DNA of 64,000 nucleotides from the human T2T-CHM13v2.0 reference genome, Homo sapiens. The stretch lies in assembly GCF_009914755.1 (NCBI RefSeq), contig NC_060927.1; one strand, 5' to 3'. The position numbers and the translations under genes were made by a program. Positions 43,761-58,730 of the stretch are shown piece by piece (position 1 is the stretch's first letter; each line of letters begins with the position of its first letter). Below the pieces are notes generated by a model that was not told the DNA's origin, ran no database searches, and saw nothing but the letters and a program-made list of their open reading frames with translations.

Positions 43761-44785
43761 TGATATTGTTATGATTTTCAGTTTCCAACTCCCGTGAGCA
43801 GGTAAGATTGACAGAGACGTGACATACAGGTAAGTAAGATGGATAATCCCATGCACTGTGACTTTCAGAGCCTTGATCAACTTCTGAGCATCACATAATT
43901 GTTTCCATGAAATAAAGACTTTTGTTCCCTCCAGAGCACCTTTCTCATTCTTGATTTTTAAAAATTATGCTCTGATAGGTTTTCATGATTTGCTTGCACA
44001 TGACAGTCATTTCACTACCACCACTTCTATGACAAGATTTGGAGAAGATGCTGTTTAGGAAAAGGAACCAGTTGGAGCAATGGATTGATTCTCCAACTTT
44101 GTTGCATAAAACATTTAGAATGACAGAGCCAAGGAGTCTAAATTTACACGAGTCCAGTATTTTCCCTTTAGATTTTCATCCCCAATCCCTCAACAAGCTG
44201 ACTCGGTCAAGTCACCAAATTAAATAAACCTAACTTCATTCAAGTGGTTTTGTGGGGATAGATACGGTTCTGAATGAAATCCTACCTTGAGACTGGGGCA
44301 TAGGATATTTTGACAGAGAATTGCAGCAGGTTAAGTAGATTCTTATTTAGAGAATCTTGTATTATGATTTTTCTTACCACTGACTTACCTGATTTCACTT
44401 AGAAGTGAAATCTAAGAAGTTCTCTGCAGAAGCAAATATTTCCCATGTGTTAGATTTGCTCCCAGGAATAGAAAGACTCCAAGCGCTTCACCTGGGAATT
44501 GCAGGCCTTCTTGTCTCACGTTTTATTACTTAATCCTAACCCTGTTTCTCCTCCCTCCCAACAAACACGCTCCTTAACTATGGCTTGCTCATTTCTTACC
44601 TCTTAATGGGGGTACAGATATTCCCACTTCCAGGCCCACCCACTCCTGCAGAACCCTTCCCGGGATAAACCCGCCTCCCCAGAACAGCTCACCCCATGGA
44701 TCTGTTCAGCACCGTCTGCTGCGGTTTTGATTTACTTACCTATAATATCCATGAAAGGTCTTGCTGATGTTTTCAGAACAGAATT

Positions 44786-44953
44786 CAGTGGTTCTCAACT
44801 CTGCCTGCACATTAGAATAACCCGGGAGGCTCTGAGTCAATGTGGAGACCGGATTCCACCACCACACCAATTGATTCAGATTCTCCAAGGGTGGGGCCCA
44901 GGTATCTGTACTATTCAAAAGCTCTCAAAGTGTAGCTGGGGCCAAGACCCACT
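44786..44953. mobile_element. MER5-family DNA transposon
   Basis: CAGTGGTTCTCAACT...CACATTAGAATAACC...GGGTGGGGCCCAGG. Confidence 0.65.
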
Positions 44954-45190
44954 TTGCAAAATGGGTGAAGCCTAAGAGCAGCTTAGGGACTCACAGGGGG
45001 TCCCCGGGTGTGTGAGGAGCCTGAGGAGGGAGTTGCAGAGACACCGTGCCAATGGGAGCTCCAGCCGTGGCTCCTTAGCACAGTGTGCTGAAAAGAAAGC
45101 CTCTTATATTACATCATCGGATCTGAAAATTCCAGACGTGTCCTGCCTTTTTATACAAAAAAAAATAATGGATAAAATGTACCACTTTAG

Positions 45191-45410
45191 AGTTGAACAA
45201 TGAGAACACATGGACACAGGGAGGGGAACAATACACACTGGGGCCTGTCGGGGGATGGGGGCAAGGGGAGGGAGAGCATTAGAACAAATATGTAATGCAG
45301 GAGGGCTTAAAGCCTAGATGATGGGTTGATAGGTGTGGCAAACCATCATGGCACACGTATACCTGTGTGACAAACCTGCACGTTCTGCACATGTATCCCA
45401 GAACTTAAAA
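45191..45410 (+). mobile_element. L1PA 3' end, 5'-truncated
   Basis: GAACAATGAGAACACATGGACACAGG...AACCTGCACGTTCTGCACATGTATCCCAGAACTTAAA. Confidence 0.93.
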
Positions 45411-45925
45411 TTATATATATAATATATAATTATATTATATAATATACAATATATATTTTATATTATATAATATATAATATATATTGTATATTATATATAT
45501 TATTATATATAATATGTATTATATATTATATATAATACATATTATATAATATATTATATTTTATATTATACAATATAGTGTATATTATATAATATATAAT
45601 ATATTGTATAATATATAATATATTATATATATTATATAATATATATTATATATATTATATAATATATATAATATATAATATAATATATAATATATATATA
45701 TATAATATATTATATATATTATATAATATATTATATAATATATATATTATATATAATGTATAATATATTATATAATATATAATGTATAATATATATTATA
45801 TAATATATAATATATAATGTATAATATATAATGTATATATAATATATATATAATTTTAAGTTCTGGGATACATATATAATATATATGTATTATATATATG
45901 TATATAAATATATATAAATATATAC
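45411..45925. repeat. AT-rich (TA/TATAA)n expansion
   Basis: About 500 bp almost entirely A/T, replacing the L1 poly-A tail. Confidence 0.97.
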
Positions 45926-46410
45926 CGATTTAGCCATTTGAAGTATAGAGTTCAGTGGCATGAAGTACATTCACATTGTTGTACAACCATCACCACCATC
46001 CGTCTCCAGAATTCTTTCATCTTCCCAGACTGAAACTCTGCGCCCAGGAAACTCATGCCTCCTCCCTTTGGTCTCCATGAATTTGACTTTCTGTCTCTGT
46101 GACTTGGACGATTCTAGGTCTCTCGTGGATACCTAGTGGAAGCACACAATAGTTTCCCTTTTGTGTCTCGCTTATGTCACTTAACATAATGTTGTCAAGG
46201 TTCCTCCCTGGTAGAACATGTGGCAGAATTTAATTCCTTTTTATGTCTGAATCCTATTCCATTGTACTGTACCACATTTGTTTATCCATTTATCTGTCAA
46301 TAGTCATTGGGGTTGTTTCTACCTTTTGGTGGTTGTGAATAATGCCACTTTGAACACTGGTATCCAAATATCTGATGGAGTCCTTGCTTTCGACTCTTTT
46401 TGGTAGGTAC
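45926..46410 (-). mobile_element. L1MB-like fragment
   Basis: GTTCAGTGGCATGAAGTACATTCACATTGTTGTACAACCATCACC; CCACATTTGTTTATCCATT. Confidence 0.8.
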
Positions 46411-47749
46411 TAGCCTCTTTTAACTCGGCAAGATTGCCCAGAATGTCTCCTCCACAAACTGAAGAAATAAGAATTCAAGTCTACCAAGAGTTAAGACACT
46501 CTATAGATCGAATGGTAGATGGAAAGCAGGCAGGTTGCAAATGGGCATTGATGGACATTTTTTCTTAGTGAAGTATAGGTAAAAAGAATTAGGGAAGCAA
46601 CTTTGGCTAAAAGTAGAGAAGAGATTCTTGGTCGGGTAAGAGCATCCCCACGCATCACAGAGTGCAGAGGCCACAAACAAGTGGGGCTCAGGCTGGGTCT
46701 CGTCTGCACATGTGTGGCCTTGGCCTGCACAGTGTTTTAACTTTTTGAAGTTAATTATCTACATTTGATAACGGGAAGATTTCATTTGAGGAATCCGGAG
46801 CTGTGGTTTCTCTTAAAGACTCTGAAGCGTGAGCATCACCGCCCACATTCCATTAAGCAGCAAATGGCCAAAGCTGATTGGCAGCTGCCCCCCTGGGCAG
46901 AGGCAACACTCTCCAGGTAGCCACAGTCTCTACCTGTCTCTACCCCTCTCCGCGGTGAACCTGGCTTATGTCATTCATTTGTATTTCCTTCCTGGCCCCT
47001 GAGAGCATTTGCTCTTACCACTCAACGATCTAACCCAAACCTCCCAGGGCACAGGTGAAAAACCCGAGCCTCTTAGGGTTGGGTCACTTGGCCAAGGTGA
47101 CATGGTAACTTGGGCCCAGAATAAAAGCAGAACTTAAGTCACCAGACTCTTTGCCCAGAGCACTTTTTGTTTCCAGCCTTATTGAGGTATAACTGACATA
47201 TAATAAACTGTACGCAATTAAAGTATACAGTTTGATGAGTTGTGATATATGTACACATGTGTGAAACAGTCACCACAATAAAGATTATGACTATATCCAT
47301 CACACCCAAAAGTTTTCGCATGTCCTTTGGTAATCCCTGCTGTCCTCTCCTCCCTGCCCACGCCCCCTGTGCCTTGACCCTGAAGTCTCTAGGCAAACAT
47401 TGATCTGCTTTCTGTCACTATAGATTAGTTTGCCTGCTCTAGAATTTTATAGAAATGGGATCATATAATATGTACTCTTTCTGTCTGGCTTCTTTCACAA
47501 TTAATTATTGTGAGATTAATTATTCAATTAATCTCAAATAATTATTTGAGATTCAATAATAATTGAATCTCAAATAATTATTTTGAGATTCATCTGTGTT
47601 GTGTGTTTCAGTAGTTTATTTCTTTTTACTTGTATGTAGTATTTTGTTGTATAGATATACCACAAGTTTTTATCCAATCACTCTGTTGATGGACGTTTGG
47701 GTTGTTTCCAGTTTTTTAGCGATTACAAATGGAGCTGCTATGAACTCCA

Positions 47750-48462
<713 letters not shown>

Positions 48463-48470
48463 GACTTACA

Positions 48471-48831
<361 letters not shown>

Positions 48832-49863
48832 TCATATGATAGGCAGCTGTTTAATTTTTAAAATAAACTGCCAAACTGTTGTCCACAGTAGTTGTGCCAT
48901 TTTGCATTTCCACCAGCAATATCTGGGAGTTCTAATTGCTCCACATCCTCACCAGCACGTGGTTTGGCCAGACTTTTGCATTTTAGCCGCTCTAGTGGGA
49001 GACTGAGAGCATATATCTCATTCTGTTTCTTTTCATTCACACAAAATCATTTTATTAAGATCTATTCATGTTGGTGTTACATTTCTAGTTCCATGTTTCT
49101 GATTACCACAAACGATTCCATGGTAGGTACCCACCTCATTTGATTAATGCATCCCCTCCCCCAGAGATGGTCCCTGAGGTCATCATCAGCTCTGTGCTCG
49201 GAAACCAAACAACTCTGACTTCTGTGAAAGTTTCCATGGTATTCGCCCCTGCAGTGAGAGCTGGTCAGAGGTCACACAGGTCTGTCAGTTAAGTGCATAT
49301 AATACATTAAGGCTGCTCTCAGGAATGGCCGCACCTGCAGTGTTTGTGGGTTCCTATTTCCTCACATCATCAACAGTATTTATTATTGAATATTCTATTT
49401 TTTGGCAAATTTAGTAAGTATAAATACAATCTTGTCATTTTACTTTGCATTACTTTGATTATTAGTGAGGTTGGCATCTCTTCGCTTACTTGTTGATTTT
49501 AAAAATTTCCTTGTGCCTTTGTGACTTGCCTGCTCATAATCTTTGACCATTTTTCTACTGGGTTCCCTCTCTTTTTTTTTTTCTTTTTTGTCTACAGGGG
49601 TTTCTTGTCTATTCCATTTACTCCCATTAGTTTAAGACACTGCAAGCATCTTCTCTTTATCTGTTGCCGTTTACTTAAAGTATCCTTTGTGGAACCTTTA
49701 TCTTTTGTGTCCTGCATAGGACATAAAAATTTAATATTGCTATAGTCAAGTTCATCCATATTTCCCCATAAGATTTGTGCTTTGGATTCTTCTTTAAGAG
49801 ATCTTCCGTATCCCAAGGTCATAAATTATTCTCTTGCCTTTTCTTCCTTGGCTTCTTTTATAG

Positions 49864-50195
<332 letters not shown>

Positions 50196-50231
50196 ATATT
50201 GGTTTTTTAATCCATCCAAAATTCACCTTGT

Positions 50232-50522
50232 GGCCGGGCATAGCAGCTTATGCCTGTAATCCCAGCACTTCAGGACACTGAGGGAAGAGGATCATTTGAG
50301 ACTGGGAGTTCGAGACTAGCCTGGGAAACATAGCAAGACCCTGTCTCTAAAAATATATACAAAAATTAGCCAGGCATTGTAGCTTGTGCCTGTAGTCCCA
50401 GCTACTCCAGAGGCTGAGCTTCTCTTGAGCCCAGGAGGTTGAGGCAGCAGTGAACCGAGATCACACCACTGCACTCCACCAGCCTGGGTGGCAGAGTGAG
50501 ATTCTGTCTCAAAAAAATAAAA
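50232..50522 (+). mobile_element. Alu (AluJ-like)
   Basis: GAGGATCATTTGAG, CTTGAGCCCAGGAGG; TSD AAAA(T/G)TCACCTT. Confidence 0.92.
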
Positions 50523-52521
50523 GTCACCTTTTGCATAGCATAAGGCAGAGATTCTAACCTTCTATTGTTTTCAAAGAGTGACCCATATTCTCATCACCAT
50601 CTGATCACTTTCCATTTTATTAATATATGTAGAAAAGTCAGGCCCTCCTCATTGTGATAGAATTAAACCTCTGTGATAAACAACCTGAATTCATGATCTA
50701 AATAGTATAAGTGAGGTTTGACTAAATGGGATTATACAAGATGAAACAGGGAGACTACCGTGTGTTTCAAGTCCCCTCACTGGCTGGTTTCCTGCACTTC
50801 ATGCAACTCCCTTTGTCTCTTATGACACAGGCCAAGGCTCTTGACTCTTGCCAAGTCTACCTCTGGCCTCCCCAAAGGGCCCCTCCCTCCAGATGCTGCC
50901 CCATGCAGAGTGCTCAGGCTGGGCCACTTCCTCCTTCCCTGGGCCACACTCATCTCTCTGAAGCCTGCTCGTGGGAACCTCTCCAGGCCCAACCCTTTCA
51001 ATGCTTCATTAGCACTGAAATCTGTGCTGGGCCCTAAGCGTCCAGGGCTCATTACGCTTAGCCTGCTGGGACGTATGTGTGTGTGTTGGGTGGAGGCTCC
51101 TAAATATTTCCTGCTTTTGATAGTTACAAAACCTTTTCACATTCTCACTCATGAAACTTATGCAGCAGGCAGAGCAGTAAATATTTCTCCCATTGGCAAA
51201 TGAGAAAACTGAGACTCTGAAGACTTTAAATCTCTTGAAATGTAGGCAATTTGCCCAAGGTCACGCGGCCAGAGAAGGAATGGCTGGGACTGAACGGCGG
51301 CTCTTCAGGTTCTAGGTCCAGTGGTCACTCAGGAAGCCACAGTCTCTCAATACAGGCCCTGGATCCGCCTTCATAATTACACGGATTGTTCCTCAAGGGC
51401 AAGGCAGGGCTTGAGCCTCCAGAAAGCACTTGCATCACCCTGGTCCAAATGAATGGCAGGCATGGTGGCCATTGCACTTGGAGCCTAGCCTCAAACTCCT
51501 CCCTTTTTGCTTGAGGCACTTACACTCTGTCTAGCCACAGAGCATGAGCCCTCTGGTAAGATGGAATATATTATTTTTTACAGCATTAATCACAGCTATA
51601 TTAGACCACCCTTTGTGTGACTAGCATTTAATACCTGCCTCCTTCACAAGTTCCGTCAGGGCAAGGGCACTATCTGTCTTGTTTATAACTATATCCTATG
51701 TGCCCAGTTCTGTACTCAATACATATTTGTGGAATGCATGAATGAACGTATGAATGAATGAGTGAGAGAGAGAATGTTTTCTGTACATTCTCAGCCACTG
51801 TCTGGGCCCCTGGCTGAATGAACCAAGCACCTGTGTTAGCAATGCTGCCACATACCCGACACCTCTACCACCCAAAACTCTTAACTACAGTGCACCCCTT
51901 CCAGGGGGCACCTGCATCTGCCACACACCTTTAGGTTCAGCATGAAGGATAGTTTGCGGTCTGGCCCAGACACCAGTACTATCATAAGGATGTTTCCTCC
52001 AGCCCAAGTTTGGCCTGATCCCTGCCTGCCCTCTCCTGCTGGCCCTCCTCCTGCAACTCTGCATCCCAGGACACCCCGTGTCCAAGACCTCCCAATTAGG
52101 GCCCTCCTCTGTGCCGCCTTCTACGATCCAGCCCCATGGTCTGCAGAAAACAGACTCTCAATAGCTGATGACAAATAATGAGTTCTTTATTCCTCCTGGG
52201 AAGCCAATTTCTCATCTGTCCCATAGATCTGAATGGAAAACACAGATGATTGGTAAGTAGGAAAAAATGCTTCTCACTTCCAGCAATGTGCCCAACCCTG
52301 CCTGTGTTCAGAAATGTCAGCCATCAGAGAACAACACATCTGTGGTAAACAACATTTCTGGAATGATTGCTCTAGGAAGAAGCATGGCCCTAAGTACTCC
52401 ATCGGATGTGAGCCTGGTCAGGAGAACCACTAGAATACTCTCCTAGAGCACCCAGGTCCTGCCTGAGTGAGCTTTTTGTTACATGGATAAGCCAAATATT
52501 AAAACACATATAGGAATACAT

Positions 52522-52524
<3 letters not shown>

Positions 52525-52564
<40 letters not shown>
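52525..52564. repeat. (CA)20 microsatellite
   Basis: Direct count. Confidence 0.98.
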
Positions 52565-52568
<4 letters not shown>

Positions 52569-53399
52569 GAATTGATTTAGTATGCAGTATGGTATGGGGC
52601 AAGGGTTTTAGAGTCAGAGAAATGTTTAAATTCTGTCTCTAGTTTATCCTAAGTAGCTTATCTGGGCAAGCTACTTCTCTGAATTTGTTTTCTCATCTAT
52701 AAACTGGGGTAATAATACCTCATAAGGTCGTTGCAAGAATTGAGATAGATAAATAAAACTCCATCGATGTAGTAAAGGGCAGAGAAGCAGTGGCTGTGAT
52801 TCATATCAGTCATATTTCAAAAGCTGAGTATGTAGATGTTAGGCAAATGTAGAATAAAGACGGCGGGGGAGAAATCTTGGGAGAGGTAAGGTCAAAGCAA
52901 GGTTTTGGAGAAAAGGAAGAAAATGGTTTGAAAGAGAGAAGGGAAGAGGGTGTTTGAGTCAGGAAAGAAGGCCGGGGAAGACACAGGGAGGAGGGAGGTC
53001 AGCTCTAGTCCTGGATCTAGTTGTGGTCACCGCCAAATAGTCCCAGGAGGCAGTCTTGCATTTCCTCAAGATCTTATACGGTCACTGGTTTTTTTCTTGA
53101 ACTTTCCACTGAAGTAGACTTAGACCTTCTGCCCAGCAACCTGAGACTCTGGGGAGATGCCAGCATGACTTGTGGGGAGACCCCTGCCCTCGAACATACT
53201 CTCCAACCCAGCCATCATCTTACCCTGCTCAGGGACTCTATGGGATGAACGTCGTTAGTGAGGCCGGTGAGGGACACACACATTCCTAAAGCTCACTTTG
53301 GAAGGCAAGTCTCATCTTGTCTCTTGTCTTTTCATTTTAACAAGCTAGAGGGAATCTTGCTGTGCTCCGAAGTCTCTCTTGTCTGGGGGAGAAAATAAT

Positions 53400-53593
53400 A
53401 CTAAAGTGCTCACTATTCAAAATGAAATCCTTAAACACAACATGAGCGTCACCTGGAGCTCGTTTGCAATTCTGATTTCAGGGCCCCACTCGAGACCAAC
53501 TGGATCAGCATCTCTGGGGGTAGGACCCAAGAATCAATGTTTTAACAGGCTCTCCAGGTGATTCTTATGCACATTGAAGTTTGAGAAGCACGG
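53400..53593. mobile_element. MER5A
   Basis: CACCTGGAGCTCG...GGCCCCACTCGAGACC...CCAGGTGATTCTTATGCACATTGAAGTTTGAGAAGCAC. Confidence 0.75.
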
Positions 53594-54804
53594 ATTTAAG
53601 GAACAGTGTAGATAAGTCAGCCTCTCTTGAGTTCACTTGCTTCAGTCTAGAAAGTTTAGGTGCCTTTCTAGACCTGGGAACAGGAAGTTCATTCTAACAC
53701 TCAATTGTGAAAGCCATCATTTCAAAATATAGAAGATTTCTGGAGACTCCCACATGGACCAACCAGGAATAATCATAACATAAATTGAGCTTAAAAATAT
53801 AGCTATTTGGACTGACCTACTTTATCAGCTTATTTGATTGCAGGCAAAAGAAATAGAATCTTGCTATCTTAAGCACAGAAGGAATTTAGGAGAAGATACA
53901 GGACTGCTTACAGAATCTGAATCAGAATCAGAAGAATCAGTCTCAGAAAAGCCAGGAACCAAGGCAGGACCTAGGTAAAGAAACTACTGGAAACTACTGG
54001 AAAATCTGGATAAGGAGCTGTTGCGGTGCTTAATTGACTATCACAGCTTTCTGGAGCGGCCTCTGCCTATCTGAGATGCAGATTCCCGAGGGAGAATCCG
54101 ATTGGCCATGGCACGGTCACGTGCTAAGCCCTGGTCAGTGCAAAGCCGGAAACCTTGAGGGATGGTGCTAGCGCCCGTCCAAGGCTGTACACAGTAGGTG
54201 CTGGATGGTTCCTCCGAGCAAAATCAGGCACAGCTCCCAGGCATGAGGGGATGGAGCCAACAGGCAAAACAGTGGATGCTCCCTGCCTCCCCTGGCTAGC
54301 TGAGTATAACTGGACATCAGCAGGAGAAATACAGATGTGGAAGCCTTCAGAGAGATGAAAGGAAATGTGAAAGTTTTCTTAGAGTGGCTGGGGGAGTTCA
54401 AAGGCTAGGAAAAACAGAATGGAGACAACAGTATGATTGGGTGTAGTTGTGAAGGCCAAAGAGGATGGCCTGAGGTAATGACTTCAAGAAGCCCAGCTCC
54501 TGGAAGCTGACAGGGTCAGATGCTCTGTGTGCCCCTGTGGGAGGGAGGGAGGTGCAGATTCAAAGAGATGTCTGTGAGAGAAAGTCAAGGAGAGGCAGAG
54601 AGTGCAGGCGTCCGGCCTCCCTAACACACGCCTGTAATCTGAGCACACAGAAAGAGAGGACAAGCTCTTCCTCAGAAGCACGGTGCGGAGGTGCTGGGGT
54701 GGGCGGCTGGAGAGCCGGGAAGGCGGGCTATCATCGGCATTCGGGTTAAGAGTGCATGCAATGTGACAGCAAGGACCTAAAAGAGACACCAGTGCCAGGA
54801 GAGA

Positions 54805-54848
54805 GGAAGGAAGGAAGGAAGGAAGGAAGGAAGGAAGGAAGGAAGGAA
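54805..54848 (+). repeat. (GGAA)11 microsatellite
   Basis: Direct count. Confidence 0.97.
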
Positions 54849-56363
54849 GGAGATTTCATAGCACTACATGTATCTATATTGTACAACTAAATATAGAAAA
54901 AGAAACACATTTCTTTGTGGTATTTGCTCATTTTTATATAGTAGGTACTTTTAATGTACATAGCAGGAATTTATCTATCATTGTTTAATGACAGCATTCA
55001 AAGAGATATGTATGGTTAGAGATATAAAACATATATAGTTATTTTACATTTTAATTTATTTGTAGCTAGCCAAAATAAATTAGCCTATCAAAATAAATAG
55101 CCTATCAAAAGTTATATATCTAAAATACTTTGGCTAATAGTGGCACGAAACACCATGAAAATCTGACACTTCCCTAAGAAAAATCATGAACAGTTTCAAT
55201 ACCAGATAACACAGGGCCAATACCTTAGTGTTTATTCCACACTGACCCCAATGCAGTAAAGTGAGAATGGGGTCTGTGAGAGCCACCGACCCAACAGCTA
55301 CACTAGGCTGATTTAAATCAGAAGGCCAAGGTCCTGCATTTCACCTACTCTGATGCTTTTATCCCCTGAGGCCAGTACAGCATGAAGTTCTGATATCATT
55401 CTTTTGAGTAGGGCGGGGGTGGGCAACAGAGAGCAACAACAGGCCCAAGGCTTTGGCAAGTCCTTTGGGGGTGGAATGAGGACACCGTCTTTGAAGGCCC
55501 TATTCCCTCCAGTGGGCCTTCCATCTGGCAGGGAATTGAGATGGTCTCTCTTGAACCCTCAAGAAGATTGTGACCCACAAACTAAAGGCTGACAGTCTAA
55601 GTAAGTTCTAGGCAAGAGTTGCCCTTGGGAGCTTAACTCTCTATTGGCTTTGGCCCCAGCAGGATACCCCAACAACTGTCATGCCCCATAGACAGCATTT
55701 TAAAAACATCTCCTTCCACACCAGAACCCTGACATTCCAATTTGATATGTAGAAGCTGGCAAGTTCCTGCCTCAGCCTATGCCCAAGGAATCTCTCTTCT
55801 GTGTAGCATCCCTGCCACTCCACCCACCCTCATACATCTGCTCCCTAGCAGGACTTGGTGTGCCTTTTACCAGCCCAAGCTACTTAGAAAGCACAGTTGG
55901 TGCATGATTTATCTCCCTGTTCATGCCCATGCTTAGCATTGTGCTTTGTATTTGGCTAGTGCTGAAGAAATACCTCGGAAAATGCTAAATAATACAAATT
56001 CTGAAAACAGTTTTATAGGGAATTGTGAGTACTTAATTTAGGAACTCTTACTGGCTTATGTCTTTTGGAGTACAGATAAACATATGCTTTTTAATGCTTG
56101 GTGCAGATTATAAGTGTGTAAGTAAAGTGCCTGGCACATTGTAAATTTAACAAATATTGATTGATTAAATGGATAAATTAACCGAAGAATGCATACAAAG
56201 AAAGAAAGGTTATAAAAAGCATTTCAGAAATCCTCAAATCAAAGTGAAAAATCAATGGCAAGATTGTGATGGATGTCTCCATTTCACAGTGAAATTCATG
56301 GAAAATCCACAATTCTACAAGATGCATGAACAACTATAACCTGTCCATTGATCACTCCTTTGT

Positions 56364-56419
56364 CATTATATTATATTATATCATATGATATTATATTATA
56401 TTATATTAATTATATTATC
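56364..56419. repeat. (TATTA)n low-complexity repeat
   Basis: Imperfect pentanucleotide run. Confidence 0.85.
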
Positions 56420-58359
56420 AGAATATCAGGGGAATTTGCCTTTGTACATTTCTCAAATTAACTTTTAAAATTATCTGATTATTTTTAGAAAGAGATCCCA
56501 CTCAGGTGAAACTTTGAAATAGAATTTAACTATAAACAAATGCTGTTTAATTCTCTCCTAAATTGCAAAGGTCAGATTACTTTCTAAGGTCTGGGTTTTC
56601 TTTAGTGAGGAAGATGTGCAAATTAGGAATTAAACGATAAAGTCAGACCGGCTCATCTAGAAGCATGGCCTCTCTGCTTTTTAATAGGGCTCTTTTCCAT
56701 TCGGTTTGAGATAAAGTGGCCCCAATTATTTTAGAATCCTTTAAAGGAAAAGATATCCATAAATTAACCTATAGTCTTCTCCTTATTTCACAGAGAAATT
56801 AAATTCTTACTTTAAATGACTTAAGTCGTGTTGCACAAAATCAGACAAAACTCCCTTCTGTAGTGCCGCAAGAGACAGACACAGCAGCACAGAATTATGG
56901 AGGTAAAAAGATAAATAGAAATAGATATAAACACACACCCCACTAGCAAAATTCAATAGTAAGATCAAAGCTAAACTCTCTCCTTCACAGAGTTCCTGTT
57001 AAGATTTTTTCCCCCTCTTCTGCACCATAATCTGAGTCTTGGATACTTTGCTTCCTATTCAGCCTCAAGATCAAACAGCTCACACACATCTGCTGGGGTA
57101 AGGTTTGGGTTTTGTTTCGTTTTTTTTTTAAAGGCATTCAATAATTGGTGACGGTAAGATGAGAAGAGGAGTTTGAACATCAACATAAAGGCAACAGCAA
57201 AATACATCATCACAGTCATTGTGCCATGGAGATGAGGGGTTGGGGGGAGACGTGCCTGCATGAGGGTGCAAATGTTTGTAAAAGCTAACTCCAACATATT
57301 CCAAGGAGAACATTCTCTGATTATTTGCCCTAGCATTTAGAATTAACCTTTTAAAAAAAATAGGAATTGTTTTATTTCATCTCTTTCCAAATGGAATTCT
57401 GCTTCTGGCCTGTTTTGAGAGCAAAGAGGTCAGAGGCCTGGCCTCAGGAAGCATGTGGTCTCATGTAGGAGTTAGGTATGCCCATATGTAATTGGAGCAT
57501 GAGGCAAAATGTGGTCCCCAGGGAACAGGAATCTTCTGTGAAAGTGCAGGGCAAGAAATGCTGTCTTATGACAGCAGATGGAGAAGGCTTCCTGGAGGAG
57601 GTGGCATTCAAAGAGAGCCTTGAAGGATACATTTCATAGGGTTTTGTTAGGGAAGTAGATGGAGAATGACCCAGGCAGGGGGACTGGTAGGAACAAAGTG
57701 GTGCTGGAAAAATACACACATATTTAGGGTTCAGTGTAACTGGGGTACAAGAGCTGGCATTCTCCCCTCCAAAAGCTATGAGCCCTGCTATTTGAGGGGC
57801 TCACACCCTCTTACAGTCATCCTAGAGCCAGCCCATTCTGATAGTTAGGTTAAGTAATGGTAAGCTGCTATAACAAATAACCCCCAAGTCTCGGTGGCTT
57901 GATATAATAAAAGTTAATCTCTTGCTTAGACAAAGTCCAGTGCAGATCAGCAGCTCTCCTGGTGACTCTCTGCATGCAGCCCTAGGGACCCAGCCTGCTT
58001 CCATGTGCCACTAACCTGCAGTGTGACCTTGGGCAAGTCACTTCTGTGGACATTACATTCTTCATTTACAAGACGAAGCTGATAGTTCTTGACCACCTAC
58101 CTTATGGGATTATTGTGACTGTCAAATTCTTAGTAAACAACAATAATTATTATAATTATAAAAGCCTCAGCACTTATTAAATTCTTACTATTCCATAGTC
58201 ACTGTGCTATGTGTCTTGAGAACATTAATTCATTTACTCCTCATAACAGTATTGTCACAAAAGTTTTGCCACTATTATTGTGATCATTAGGTGGGTTTTT
58301 TTGGCATTCATAAGTGAAACATAATTGTAAAGGAATATTTCTTGAACATATCGAGCAGG

Positions 58360-58730
58360 CTTCCTGCTTGGGGCCTCACACTTGCTAAGCCGTCTTTTAG
58401 GGATTCTCTGGCCAGGTATCAACAGGGCTAATGCGCAGCCTTCATTTGGGTCTCTAGCCTCGTATCATTTCTTCAGAGAGGATGTTCCTGTCTGATCTAT
58501 GTTCTCAGAGTATCCCTTCTACCCCACCATTTTCTCTATCCTCTAGCCCTGTTTTATTGTTTTTTTTACAGCATTGTAACCCCCTGGCATATTGTGCTTT
58601 TGTACATTTATTTACCGTCAGAGTCCCCAAGCTAGATTCTAAGCTCTATGATGGCAGTATTCACTGCTGTATCTCCAGTGCCTAAAACAGGGTTTAGTGT
58701 GCAGTGGGTGCTCAGGAAATATTTGTAATA
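58360..58730 (+). mobile_element. L2 LINE 3' fragment
   Basis: TTCAGAGAGG...CTAGATTCTAAGCTCTATGA...TTCACTGCTGTATCTCCAGTGCCTA...AAATATTTG. Confidence 0.7.

Noticed and set aside
43782-43835. Acceptor-like TTTTCAG followed by two donor-like sites (CAG|GTAAGA, CAG|GTAAGT)
   Set aside because: Weak polypyrimidine tract, stops in all frames of the longer form, and no partner exons identified; a non-coding exon cannot be excluded
53980-55110. Short tandem duplications (GAAACTACTG x2 at ~53980; AAAATAAAT(T)AGCCTATC x2 at ~55071; similar ones at ~1659, ~22014, ~22756)
   Set aside because: Common slippage duplications with no shared motif or spacing
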